Assembly (NCBI RefSeq): GCF_006345805.1
Contig: NC_043007.1
Span: forward strand, 73,780,001-73,844,000
Origin: Octopus sinensis
Taxonomy: Eukaryota
Length of the DNA: 64,000 nucleotides
Reading direction: 5' to 3'
The notes beneath the pieces were generated by a model. That model saw only the letters and a program-made list of their open reading frames with translations, did not search any database and was not told the origin of the DNA. This document shows, one piece after another, positions 24,318 through 36,880 of this stretch. A program made the position numbers and the translations under genes. Every line of letters starts with the position of its first letter. The stretch's first letter is position 1.

Positions 24318-25605
24318 ACTAGCAGTATAACCCGGCCTTGCGCGGGATTAAGTTACGATTATTAAGCTAATCAAGTTCTTTATTTCAAACCAAACTAAGT
24401 AATATAGACGTCAAATTTGGGCGAAATCCGTTGAAATTAGTTATATTATATATATATATATTATATTTATATTATATATATTATATATATATATAATATA
24501 AATATATATGGGCAACAGACACGAACACACATACACACACGTACGTACGTACACCTATTGCATGTTTTGTGCACGCATACATGTTTATAAACAGAAATGA
24601 ATGGAAAAAATGTTGTTAAATTTGTAGATTAACACTCGCACAATTTTCACTAAGAAAAAAAATCGTTTTTTTTTTGCGTGGAATCAACTACTCTGGCCTC
24701 AGAACCCTTTTTGTTGTCCGTGAAATGGAGTGGGGTGTGGTAGAAGCCTCGCAAATGTACCCATTTATATTGTGTAATTCACTGACAAATTGCTACTCAC
24801 TTCTTTGTTTCTTTGTTGTTAAATAAATGGATTGTCAACAACACACTTTTTTACTCGACGTAAAATAAAAACAAAACTCTTTCGCATCCAAAGTAATGTG
24901 TGGGAGAGAGAGAGAGAGTGGGGGTGGGAGAAAGATGAACGATTTAAAATAAATAAATGATTTAAAATAAATATATTGTAATTGCTGTGTCAGAAAGTAT
25001 ATATACTATGATTATAAAATATAGTGTGCCTTTCAAAAACAAAAAAGCAAAACATTTTACGTTTTATTTTTTATGAACATAGTCACTTTCTCTCTCTCTC
25101 CCTCTCTCAGTTTGTTTTTCCTGTGAAACCCTCTGCCTCCTTCTTCCAGTTTTCTTTATCTTATTTTTTTTTGTTAGACGTCGTCAAAAAAGCAATGGCT
25201 CTTTCTCTCTCCCTTTCTCACTTTGTCTTTCCCGTGAAACTCTCTGTCTCCTTTTTCCACTTTTCTTTATCGTATTTTTTTTTTGTTAGACGCCATCAAA
25301 AAGCAATGGCTGATATTTGTTATGGTTAAAAGCTATGGTTGAAAATGGCTGAAAATAGATTTTTACACTATCCACAGGTGCCTCGGGAAAAAAATAAGTT
25401 GACAAAACCCAGATAGGATGTTGACGAATGTCCTCCTAAAATTTGGGTGATATGCGTGCTAATTTGTGGACGTGCATAAATTACAATCACGTACACACTT
25501 ACACACACACGCACACACATCTTGCCTTTTATAGATATGATTAATTTTTTTCTAAGAATATAAGTCACAAGAATTTTTACCGACACAGGCATGCCAGTAT
25601 ATATA
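24318..25605 (-). mobile_element. Non-autonomous Helitron-like element
   Basis: Minus-strand 3' end CCCGCGCAAGGCCGGG hairpin, then TTATACTG and CTAG|T; the 5' boundary is uncertain. Confidence 0.55.
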
Positions 25606-25608
25606 TAT

Positions 25609-26046
25609 ATAATCAAAATAAGCAACAGGATATCAAGTAGTGATGCAGTACGACCGTTTCAAGCGGCACCATTTAATAGAACAATACAATCATTACATCA
25701 ATTTAAATGTAGTGCCATCTTCAGCTGCACAGATAAATAAATAGAATTTTAAACAGTAGGACACATTAATATAACTTTTCTCAAATATTTTAACAGAGTA
25801 CGAAGATGGAAGAAATTCAAGACTACCTTGTCTATTCTTAGCTACAACAGCGACAACATGAATTTCTTGCTCTCTTAAAATATTTGAGAAAAATTATTAA
25901 TATTAATTGTTTATGTTTACTTCTGCATCTGAAGATGGCACTGCATTTAAATTGATGTAATGACTGCATTGTTCAATTAAATGATGTCGCTTGAAACGTC
26001 GTACTGCATCACTACGTGATATCTTGTTTGCATATTTGGATTTTAT
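25609..26046. mobile_element. About 440-bp foldback palindrome of two Penelope-type termini, each with a hammerhead-like motif
   Basis: About 200-bp imperfect inverted arms around a loop of about 37 bp; CTGAAGA...GAAAC motif on the minus strand in the left arm and the plus strand in the right arm. Confidence 0.75.
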
Positions 26047-26106
26047 TCACCTTATTCGAGCTGTGTGGCTAATATATATATATATATAATATATATAATA
26101 TATATC

Positions 26107-26140
<34 letters not shown>

Positions 26141-26141
26141 G

Positions 26142-26173
<32 letters not shown>

Positions 26174-27419
26174 TGAATGTATGTATGCATGTATGTATGT
26201 ATGTATATAAGTATATATGCATGTATGTATGTATGCATGTATGCATGTATGTATGCCTGTGTGTATTATTGTGGGTGCGTATGTATGTATGTATGTATGT
26301 ACTACGTTATATAAATATTATATATCATATAAAACATATGTAGTGGGAAAGGTTACAAAAGATGTTCACACACACACACTCATATATATTTTTATTTCTT
26401 AAAGAAATATTGTTTAATTGTTTGAATATTTATTTATTAAAAATATGTATTTATTTAACTATTATTGTTATTATTCTTGACCCGAGGAGTGACTATACTT
26501 TTAAATTGAATTGTTTTGGGATCGATGAATTTTAAATTCAATTTTAATTTGAATTGAAGTTATAGCCACGAAACGTACGTTGTCTTTTTACTTACTGTTT
26601 ATTTATTATTATGTACTTTTTGTGAGCTAGATAAATGTTTTATCATATATATTATTTTGTCTATATGATATGTTTATATCTATCATTGTTTGAATTACAT
26701 ATTAGTGTTTTTTCTCTAATTTTTATATATATTATATACGTGTGTGTGTGTGTGTTGTGGGAAAGGTGTAGCAAAAGATGTTGAGCTAGCAGATGAAAGA
26801 GACATGTGGGCGACATCAAAGTAAAACATTGGTAAAGCATCGGATTGTGGTTTATATAACGACACTTGCATTTTCTTATTGTATACAGCAAAAAATTCAC
26901 TACATGACATTACCAGCTTACTTCGAGTTGGCGAAGAAGAAAGCAGGGGAAATAGTGTGTCGATATGATGAGGTAGAACCGGATGTGCTTTGTGACTGTG
27001 TGTGTTGTGTTGATCATTCAGTGGTGTCATTCTGCGTCTGCTACTGCGTTGGGTCTTTCATGCTGAATATGTGGTTCTTTGTTGGCTGCTTAACTGGCGC
27101 AAGGCTTCTTTTGACAGTTCGCCTGGTGATGGCTCTCTTGCCTGTGGCTATCTGCTTCTGTCGTATGTCTGACTGTATTTATAATGGTCATGACAGCTAG
27201 AAAGACAGACATACCACAGGAGTAAATTCTACCGATGTAGGTAGCCTCCTGTCCGCTTGAACCTTAAATGATACAGGTCAGGTCGTAGGTCGAAGGGAAA
27301 TCCATCCATCACTTTTTGACAGGACAAAAAAGTTCTTTCGCGCCTGTTTGGCCAGTGGTCGATCAGACAAGCGAGAATTCTTAGATTCGATTTCGAATCT
27401 CAGCTCAATTTTCCATCGA

Positions 27420-28560
27420 TGGTAAGCCGACAAAAAAGCCGCCGAGAAGTACCTCGAAACCTTCAAGTAGATCACCAGGGACAAGGAATACAAGCTTGAA
27501 CAGGTTTTCAGTATGGACCAGACTGGCTTGTTCTGGAAGAAGATGCCTACGGTTACTCATCAATAATGAATGATATTGATTTAAGACGATGATGATGAAA
27601 TAACGAAGGACGAAACCAGAGCCCCAGCATTTAAGGTACAGAAGGACAGAGTGATGCTAATTACATGTGCTAATGCTTCTGGCTTCATGACGAAACCAGG
27701 ACTTATCTACAACCCCAAGGCCTGGATTACCAAAAATCTAACTTTGAATTGGTTCCACCAAGGCTTCATCCCTTAAGCCAAGGAATATCTCCAAAATCTT
27801 TGCATGGAATTCAATGTGTTGCATGTTATGGATAATGCTGGTGGTCACTCTTTGGATTTGAATCATGAGGGAGTTCAAATCGAGTTCCTCCCTGCCAACA
27901 CCACCTCCCCCATCCAGCTTATGATCTGTACCTTCAAGGCACTTTACATTTGGAACTCTCTCCAACACCTTGTGGATGCAATGGATTTGGACGAGAATTT
28001 CAAGTTAAGAGTACTGGCGTAACTTCATGATCGCAACGTACGTTTCAGTCATCCACACTACTCTTAAAGACATGAAAAACGAAACCCTCATCGTATGCTG
28101 GAAGAAGGTATGGCCAGGGTGTGGCCAGGACTACGAGGGCTTCTCACTTGAAGATATTCAGCACGAGGCTGTCAACAATGCGGTGAAAGTGGCAGAGGTA
28201 AATGGTAGCGAATGTTGAGACATCACACAAGATGAGGTCAACGACCTCATCGATGCCTACTCTGAAACCCTGACAGACGATATGCCCGAGTTAACGAAGT
28301 CTGCCAGCGAAGAGGAGGAGGAAGTGCCAGATTCAGAGGAAGAGGAGCACGTGATACCTATATGGTTCGGTCTCACTAATTGAAAAATGTTATCGATGCT
28401 GCTATGCAGACGTATAAAACTCTTCTCACCATTATGAAGAAACAACGACAGCAACTTCCCATCACAATATTCTTCAAGCCCACCAAGAAAGCCTTGCACG
28501 AAGATACGACATACCCTAAAACACCTGAAGAAGAGGCGTCACCTGAAGAGTTTTAAATCT
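27420..28560 (+). pseudogene. Tigger/pogo-type DDE transposase relic
   Basis: ADKKAAEKY...EQVFSMDQTGLFWKKMP; APAFKVQKDRVML; MDNAGGH...IEFLPANTTSPIQ; CWKKVWP. Confidence 0.9.
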
Positions 28561-28928
28561 TCTTTACTGTGCTGTCATTACCTTCGTTATTTTCACCATC
28601 ATCGTCTTAAATCAATATCATTCATTATTGATGAGTAACCGTACATTTTACTTTATTTATTATTAAATTATTATTAAATATTATATATATATATATATAT
28701 TTGTTGTTGGCATCCTTTTTGTCTCGGGAGACAATGGAGTTGCGCATAAAATAGTCCAGTCCGGCTTTTACATTTTATGTCCTGATACATTTCCTGCTGT
28801 GGCTGTGTAGTCCTATCTTTTTCAATTTTCTTGAAAATTGTATATCATAGGAAAGTTAAAATTAAATTGACAATTAAAAAGTAAAGATGAAGTAAATTAT
28901 AAAAATAATATAATGTATGTAACAGGCA

Positions 28929-28983
<55 letters not shown>

Positions 28984-28999
28984 CACACACGCCCAGCCA

Positions 29000-30560
29000 C
29001 CAACAGACGGTGTCCTCCACTATCCTTGACCTCATCTCGTCCTCCCGTCTCCCACACACTGCCTCCAACCTCATTGTCCAATCCCCCCGCCATTTACATC
29101 CTCCCCAAAATCTACAAACCTAACCCCCTCATCGTCTCCGCCTGTAACTGCCCCACCGAGCTTATCTCCAAATATCTGGACCGTGTCCTTGCCCCCCTAG
29201 TGGCTTCTCCCTTCTCACATCCATGACACCAACCATACTCTTCGTCTATTCAACTCTTTCTCCTTTCCTCCTAGCCCCTCTAAACTTCTCTTCACTCTCG
29301 ACATCCAGAGCCTTTACACAGTGGTCCCTCACCACGAGGGGCTGCGTGCACTGAAACACTTCATTGACCTCCGACCCAATCCCCAACTTGACACCTCCAC
29401 ACTTGTTTCTCTGGCCGAACTTGTCCTCTCACTCAACTGCTTCTCGTTCGCGGGCGATTTCTACCAGCAGATCTCGGGAGTGGCCATGAGAACGAGAATG
29501 GGTCCCAACTATGCGAACCTGTTCGTTGGTTATGGTGAGGCCCAAATATTCTCAAGTTTCACTGGTCCCACTCCCGAACTATATGGCCGTTATATTGACG
29601 ACTGTATCGGTGCAACCTCACTCTTCCACGAACATCTAGACTCCTTCCTCTTTTTTGTCAAAACTTTCCATCCTGCCCTCCACTTCTCCTGCACTCTCTT
29701 TGACACCTCTGTCTTCTTTCTTGACATTTCGGTCAGCATTCATCACTCCACTCTTACCACCTCCATCCACTATAAACACAGACTCACACTCATACCTCAA
29801 CTTCTCCTCCTCCCACCCCAAACACACCAAGCTTTCCGTCCCCTATTCCCAATTCCTCCGTCTACGCAGGCTCTGTAGTGACGACCACGACTTTGAGACT
29901 CAGTCACAACTCATGCTCGCCACTTCATCCTATCCAGACCGCTCTTGCCAGAGCACGTTCCGTGGACCGTGCATCTACTCTCTTCCCCCGAACCCGCCTT
30001 GCAGTCTCTCGCCCCCCCCCCCTTATCACCTCACATACCACCCCACTACCCTACCTCTCCAACGCACCATTCTCCAAGCTTTCTGGCATCTCCAGTCCGA
30101 CCCGTTCACTTCACACATCTTCCCTAACTGACCCCTCCCCTCCTTCAAACGAGCCCACAACCTACGAGACCTCTTGGTCCACAGCTTCTTCCCCAACTCT
30201 ACCTCTCAACCTGGCTCGTTCCCTTGCTCCCGCCCACGCTGCCGCACTTGCCCTTACCTCTCCAACAGCACCCTCCTCACCGGCACCCATCATCGACCCT
30301 ATCGCATCACCGACTCCTTCAGCTGCACCTCTACCAATATCATCTATTGCATCTCCTGCTCTCTCTGCCATTCCCTGTACATCGGACAAACGGGACGCCG
30401 CTTGGCTGACCGGTTCACGGAACACCTCCGAGACACCTACCTCGGCAATGACACCCCGGTCTCACGCCATTTCCGCTCTACCGGTCACTCTTTACGACAC
30501 CTGTCCGTGTTCGGATTGTCCTTGCACAGAAACCATCCGGACTCCCGTTTGCACCGTGAA
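29000..30560 (+). mobile_element. Penelope-like element: RT and GIY-YIG endonuclease, frameshifted
   Basis: YILPKIYK; DIQSLYT; GVAMRTRMGPNYANLF; RYIDD; HPKHTKLSVPYSQFLRLRRLCS; CSRPRCRTC; NIIYCISCSLCHSLYIGQTGRRLADRFTEH. Confidence 0.95.
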
Positions 30561-30579
30561 CAGGGAATAATTGAAAAGT

Positions 30580-30615
30580 CTTTTACGTTTCGAGCCTACG
30601 CTCTTCCACAGAAAG
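30580..30615 (-). ncRNA. Minimal type I hammerhead-like motif in an inverted Penelope terminus
   Basis: CTTT-CTGTGGA-A-GAGC(GTAG)GCTC-GAAAC-GTA-AAAG: stem I, core with U at position 6, stem II, GUA site. Confidence 0.6.
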
Positions 30616-31273
30616 GAACACAGAAAAAAAAAACAAGGAAACAAGGAGAGAAAAAATTTGTGTAGTGGCTACCGATCTATCATGGTGACTGCCGGACAGA
30701 AGGGTCACACAGGAGAGCGAAGAAGTAGGGGAGATAACAGTAAAGGTGATCCCAAAATTTTATTAATAGCGCTCTTCTCTTTACACATTTTATACTTATT
30801 TATGATAAGTTTTTTTCCCCAAAAAAACCAAACATGTAAATTAAAACACACCCAACTTTAAGAAAGTGGCATTTTCATTCTTGTTTATCTTTAATATATA
30901 TATATATATATGCGCTCACGTGGTCTCACTTTCATCCTATATTCTACCAATACCACTATCAACACTTACCTCTACCTTGGATTTTCTTTACCTCTTGGAT
31001 ACTTACCATCGGCTGCACCTCTCTTTCGCGGATCAAAGTGACTTTGCATTGATGTGAAATCCTTAAAAAATATACCACGACGTCTACACATTTCTCACCT
31101 TGAACTTTCAACCTTGAACTTGTTCGCATAAACTGTCCCGTTTGTTGTATTTTTATTTTCTCTTATATTACCACTTTTTTTACATTAATTTCATGCTTTC
31201 CACATTTTCCTGAATTTTTGTTCTCCTTTCCGTCTTTCTTCCCTCTCTGGATGTGTTTTTCTCTCTCTGTGTA

Positions 31274-31311
31274 TCTTTCTGTTGAAGAGCGTAGGCTCGA
31301 AACGTTAAAGA
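31274..31311 (+). ncRNA. Minimal type I hammerhead-like motif in a Penelope 3' region
   Basis: TCTTT-CTGTTGA-A-GAGC(GTAG)GCTC-GAAAC-GTT-AAAGA. Confidence 0.6.
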
Positions 31312-31405
31312 CTTGTTTTATTTATATTTCCTGAGCGCATACTAATACAATTGTTCGTTGTTTCCCACCTGCTTCGTCTTTTGTTTATTTTCATAAAGCT
31401 TCCCG

Positions 31406-31483
<78 letters not shown>

Positions 31484-31508
31484 CATATATTATATATACA
31501 CATATATA

Positions 31509-31551
<43 letters not shown>

Positions 31552-31645
31552 TTTTACATAAAAAAATACAAAATAGGACAAGAACGCAAAACATCCAGAC
31601 AGTTAGGTAATACAAAAAGTGCGACATATATGTATATATATATAT

Positions 31646-32655
31646 TGTTACGGAATCCCACCTGCCGTCGCTCAAACTCTTCGGGAAAAACCCGGGACCC
31701 TACCAAGTCGAGCGACGACGATTTACCGGCCCGATCGATCGAAGAACCCGCCACGGAACTCAAGGAGAGAGAGAATTCGGTGGGGGAAAAGCGGCAGCAA
31801 ACACGGCAACCGGCGACCGGAGATAACAACAACAACAACAGGAAGAGATACAAAGAGAGACGGCGGAAGACAATTGGCTACATTTAACAACAGTTTATAC
31901 AATTATTACAACATCAAATAAAATACATGCAAGGAAACAACGAATCAAAGCATTTAAACATGCAGATACAGTTCAATGCATTTCAGATCAATTAATGTTC
32001 ACGATACAGTCCAATGTTCAAATCACAACAGTTCAATACATTAAAGTCTTTCTCTTTCTTTTTAACTTCTACTTCCTCTTCTTCATCTTCCTCCTCATCC
32101 CCACTTTCTTCTTCTTCCTCTTTTCCTTAATTCACAGTTCTTTTCACATATCAAACATAAACAACACATACCGTTTCAACTCCTACTATAATAGCCTTTT
32201 ATCCGCCGTAATCCCTCTTTCGCTCTCAGTCCTGTGTATGTCTTTCTCAACCTCTCATCCTCTCACTGTCTGCCTGTCGTTCTCAACGATGTAGTTGCCC
32301 CTCGCCATCGCCACCTTCTTGGCTGACCGTCCGTATCACTGCTGTCCCTGGCCAAAACTGCCCCGTTGCCGTCTCAGGCAGAACTACCTATTGCCAACTC
32401 GCTCTGTTCTCGACTGACTGACTGACTGCCTGAACACAATCCCAACTGCCGACTGAATGTCCTCACAGGCTCACAGTTCCTGCCTTTTATAGGGTAGCTT
32501 CTTCGAACTTTCCTTGACCGGCGCAAGGCCAAAGGTCCCCTCAAAGCTCATCAATCCTTCCAGAATCTCACGGAACAAAGGATCTACTCGCCTGCCCGAC
32601 GCCAGTACACAAAAAGTCGGTCGCAAGCACTGTCCTTGAATTGACCTTCATAACA
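31646..32655 (-). mobile_element. Solo LTR of about 1 kb inserted in a TA microsatellite
   Basis: TGTTACG...CATAACA termini, ATAT on both flanks, minus-strand TATA box CCCTATAAAAGG near 32490. Confidence 0.65.
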
Positions 32656-32684
32656 ATATATATATATATACACATACATACATA

Positions 32685-33552
32685 CAGAGTGCAATAGGTA
32701 AATTGTCGCGATCATATATTTTTATTTCGAGCATGTGCATTGTTTATTTTTGATTTTGTCGACAACACAGTAGGGTCAGTTGGGCACCATCTGTGAGAAA
32801 AACAGCACCATGACGCAATTCACTCTGCTAGAAATGTGGAAACGACATACAGTACTGCTTGGCATTCGCGCCGGAAGCTCCAATACGAACATTTCAGAAT
32901 GTTTGGGTGTCAGTCTGAGGACATGTACCGAGAGTGATAAAAATCAAACATCCAGTCAACATCATGGTGTTTGGAGTGATCACTAGTGATGGCGACGTTA
33001 TACCTCCATTCATCTTCGCACACGGCCTCACACTCAACACCGAGTCCTTCATCAAGTGCCTGGAGGTGATAGTGCTGCCCTGGGTCAAGAGGGTGGCTGC
33101 TGGAAGACTCTATGTCTGGCAACAGGACTCTGCTCCATGCCATACAAGCAGAAGAACCCAGTCATAGCTGTCAGACAATTTCTGCAACCACATCATCCTT
33201 AACAACTGGCCATCTAACTCCGCAGACTGTAACCCCCTTCATTGTTATGTGTGGGGCGCAGTTGAACGAGAGACCAACAAAATTCCTTTTCACACCTAAG
33301 CTGAACTGAAGGCAAGGATTATAGCTACATTCACCAACTTAAACAAGGAGACCGTCCAGAAGATTCGCAGGAAATTCTGAAGTTGTCTGGAGGCCGTGAT
33401 TGAGGCCAATGGCGATTTTATTGAATAGATTTACTATTTAGTATTTCAAGATATTTTTATCTAATTTTGGTAAATATATCTGTGAAAATGAGATGTCAGT
33501 GTTATTTTTATTTTTGCCTTAATTTAGACGACAGTTTATTCACCACAACCAG
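32685..33552 (+). mobile_element. Tc1/mariner (maT/DD37D-like) element, internally deleted
   Basis: TA flanks, imperfect TIRs, KHPVNIMVFGVITSDG...VWQQDSAPCHTS...WPSNSADCNP. Confidence 0.85.
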
Positions 33553-33660
33553 TATATACACACACAAACATACATAATACATACACACATACATACATAC
33601 GTGTGTGTGATTAAATATGACTGAGTGTTAGAATACCTACACTGCTAGAAATAAATAGAT

Positions 33661-34453
33661 GTGTGTGGCCTGATCAATAAGTATCCGGACTGTTGCCATA
33701 CTAACGAAACTAAAGCACACAGACTGAAGTCGCATGAAGCACAGATTGACCTTGAACTCTGCTGTGCATGCGCACTAAGTTTTAACGATCTAGCTCACTT
33801 CCGCTGTTTACAACAGTGTTTGGAAGGAAGATGTGTAGCCTGTGATTGTCGCACTGACCATGACAGAGAAAGTTGAGCAGAGAATCTGCATCAAATTTGG
33901 TTCAAAGCTTGGCGATACTTGCTCAGAGGCCTACGCAAAGTTTTCAAAAAGTTTTCATCGTTTTTGGCACAATCAAGGAGATCTTGTGCAACTGAAACCC
34001 GAGTGCCTTTTTGGTCCGCTGAAAGCAGTCTTAGCACAAACTTGCCAGACACGCGTCGCATACCCAAATGTTCAGTGATAATGGACTGAACTGAACTGTA
34101 ACTAATCCGCACATCCTCTGATAACTCACGGATGGCTGTTCGATCATTTCCCCTCACAGCTGCACGCACATATGCGACGTTTTTTATTTTATTTCTGCTG
34201 GTAGCGGGTCTCCCAGAACGTTCGTGACTATCGACATTCTTTCGAACCACTCACATACTTTGTGCGGCTCATACACTCCTATCCATACGCTTTCTACAAC
34301 TTTGCCTAGGCCTCTGAGCAGGTATCGTCATGACAACTTCCTCTGTCATGGTCAATACGACGATCACACGCTACACAGATTCATCCCAAGCACTGGTATA
34401 AACAGCGGAAGTGAGCTAGAATGGCAGCAGTCCGGATACTTATTGATCGAACC

Positions 34454-34454
<1 letters not shown>
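33661..34454. mobile_element. Mariner derivative made of two converging 5' ends
   Basis: TIR GATCAATAAGTATCCGGACTG at both ends; plus strand MTEKVEQRICIKF; minus strand SGRPATS...LGMRRVS...DENF. Confidence 0.85.
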
Positions 34455-34521
<67 letters not shown>

Positions 34522-34544
34522 TATCATAATATATATATATATTC

Positions 34545-34740
34545 ATGATAAATCGTAGCCACTACACACATTTTGTTCTCTCCTTGTTTTTTCTGTGTAC
34601 CTTTCTGTAGAAGAGCGTAGGCTCGAAACATAAAAGACTTTTTCTATTCCTGGGCGTTAAACTAATACATCTGTTTGTTTTGTACACCACCTGTCTTCGT
34701 CTTTTGTTTTTTTCGTAGACTCTCCCGATATATATACACA
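34545..34740 (+). mobile_element. Solo Penelope-type terminus with hammerhead-like motif at 34601-34636
   Basis: Homologous to the inverted segment 30561-30690; CTTT-CTGTAGA-A-GAGC(GTAG)GCTC-GAAAC-ATA-AAAG (GTA changed to ATA, consistent with CpG decay). Confidence 0.7.
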
Positions 34741-34774
34741 CACGCGCGCGCGCGCATACACACACACATACACA

Positions 34775-34945
34775 ATGAGGGGTGCTGAAAAGTTCCTGGG
34801 TTTGTGTAGAAGAAAATACAGGAGGGTCGGCTAATTATGATTTTATTCAAGATACCCCCTCTCAGATTCACGCACTTATTGCAGCTGTCCCCCAATTTTT
34901 CTAAACACTGTAGAAAGAACTCGGATGGTTAGGCCTCAAAATCTA
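34775..34945 (+). mobile_element. Mariner-type terminal fragment
   Basis: GAGGGGTGCTGAAAAGTTCCTGG TIR-like start. Confidence 0.5.
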
Positions 34946-35148
34946 CTGTAGGAGCTGTCATCATGGGGTAAATCTGCAAAAATGAGAAAGATATACTATA
35001 TGCCATCATCACTTTTTGCATATCTTATCCTTGATAGTTGTCCCACCTCTCCTATAAAGGTAATAGCTATACCCTTTTGTGATACCCTTAAAGCCAGGAA
35101 CTTTTCAACACACCCTCGTGTGCATGTGTGTGTGTGTATTTATGCATA

Positions 35149-35190
<42 letters not shown>

Positions 35191-35334
35191 CAAAATGGGA
35201 CAAGAACGCAAAACGTTCAAATAGTCGACACAAAAAAACGGACGGGTCATTCGAAGCCTCTAATCTTCAGTCAAGAACCGGATCATCCTCGCAATTTCGG
35301 CTGATTAATCTTGATAGATATATATTTATATATA

Positions 35335-35612
35335 TATCACCGTGATCACCGTGACCGACCAGGCTATCAGATGTTGTTAGACATCGCTGGTTACAATGCG
35401 CTTCGCATTATTTTAGCCTTCAAATGACGCCAACCCGCTGGTTAAGCGAGCAGGCGAACAGAAGAAAGAGTGAGAGAAAGTTGTGGCGAAAGAGTACTGC
35501 AGGGATCGCCACAACCCACTGCCGGAGCCTCGAGGAGCTTTAGGTGTTTTCGCTCAATAAACACTCACAACGCCTGGTCTGGGAATCGAAATCGCGATCC
35601 TACGACCGCGAG
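35335..35612 (-). mobile_element. SINE family C (tRNA-Arg-like head), cut by the gap; second copy at 54430-54568
   Basis: Minus strand CTCGCGGTCGTAGGATCGCGATTTCGATTCCCAGACC...TTTATTGAGCGAAAACACCTAAAGCTCC; the 54.5-kb copy shows the A-box TGGCCCAGTGATTAG. Confidence 0.8.
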
Positions 35613-35712
35613 NNNNNNNNNNNNNNNNNNNNNNNNNNNNNNNNNNNNNNNNNNNNNNNNNNNNNNNNNNNNNNNNNNNNNNNNNNNNNNNNNNNNNNNN
35701 NNNNNNNNNNNN
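35613..35712. other. Assembly gap (100 N)
   Basis: Run of exactly 100 n. Confidence 1.
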
Positions 35713-35773
35713 ATATATTGTTTGTATTATTATATGATCGAACGCCAACGCATCCATTTTCAGTAATCCATTT

Positions 35774-35899
<126 letters not shown>

Positions 35900-35900
35900 A

Positions 35901-35939
<39 letters not shown>

Positions 35940-35940
35940 A

Positions 35941-36006
<66 letters not shown>

Positions 36007-36035
36007 ATATATATATATATGCATATATATATATA

Positions 36036-36880
36036 CTAGCAGAATTGCCCGGCGTTGCTCGGGGCTGAATTGCTTGAAAGTACTGTTATGATTGCCCTGG
36101 ATTATGATGATTATTCAGGCAAATATTGATATAAGCTTACGGTGGGAGATAAGGACTTAACGATCAAACGTGTGCCAATTGCATTGTTTTGGGGGAACCA
36201 AATTTCTGATGAGCATATAGGAGCAACCAACTTTAAGTTTGAGAAAGTGTGGTGGTAGTCCGGGGTGCTCAAAGGAATTGAGTACCTCTATTGGATAGTT
36301 GATGACGTCCTCTGGGTCAGGAGTTGTATCGATAGACTGATATACATAGACTTCCCCAGGAATGAGTTTAAGCATTCATCATCATTAATATGGTGAACAG
36401 TTTTATTCCTCGGGGCCAGTATAGCCTTTTTGCCAATCCAATCCTATCTGATAATTAGCTTGTAGATCTGGGACACACTGCATCTCTGAGATCAGAAGGC
36501 GTCCTTAACAATGGTACAAATGGAATCGATGGCAATATTACCATTTTCATCCCCTGGTATTTTGCCTTCGCCAAGTGCAAGGAGGATGTGAGGAAATGCT
36601 GCTGATGTGATATTACGTCGCATATGAGCACGCATATTGGTGTGAAGTTTGAGTTACTTCCCTTTATTTAAAAAAAATGCATTAAAATGAAAAAAATGAT
36701 GGTAAATTATTTTTAAAATCATAGACTCATCGTAACGCGCGCTAATACCCAGAAGGGCTCGATATGAATCACGACTATAAGATACCCGTTTTGGTTAAAC
36801 TGCAATCGCAAAATGTGGGAGTAGTTAGGAATCTAAATCGGAGTAGACAGACACACAACCTTTCTTTTATATATAAATAT
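36036..36880 (-). mobile_element. Non-autonomous Helitron carrying a PIF1-helicase fragment
   Basis: 3' end CCCGAGCAACGCCGGG hairpin plus CTAG|T at 36036; helicase fragment EVLNSFEHPGLPPHFLKLKVGCSYMLIRNL...CN and upstream KAILAPRNK; 5' end TATATAAAAG...GTGTCTGTC near 36875. Confidence 0.85.
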
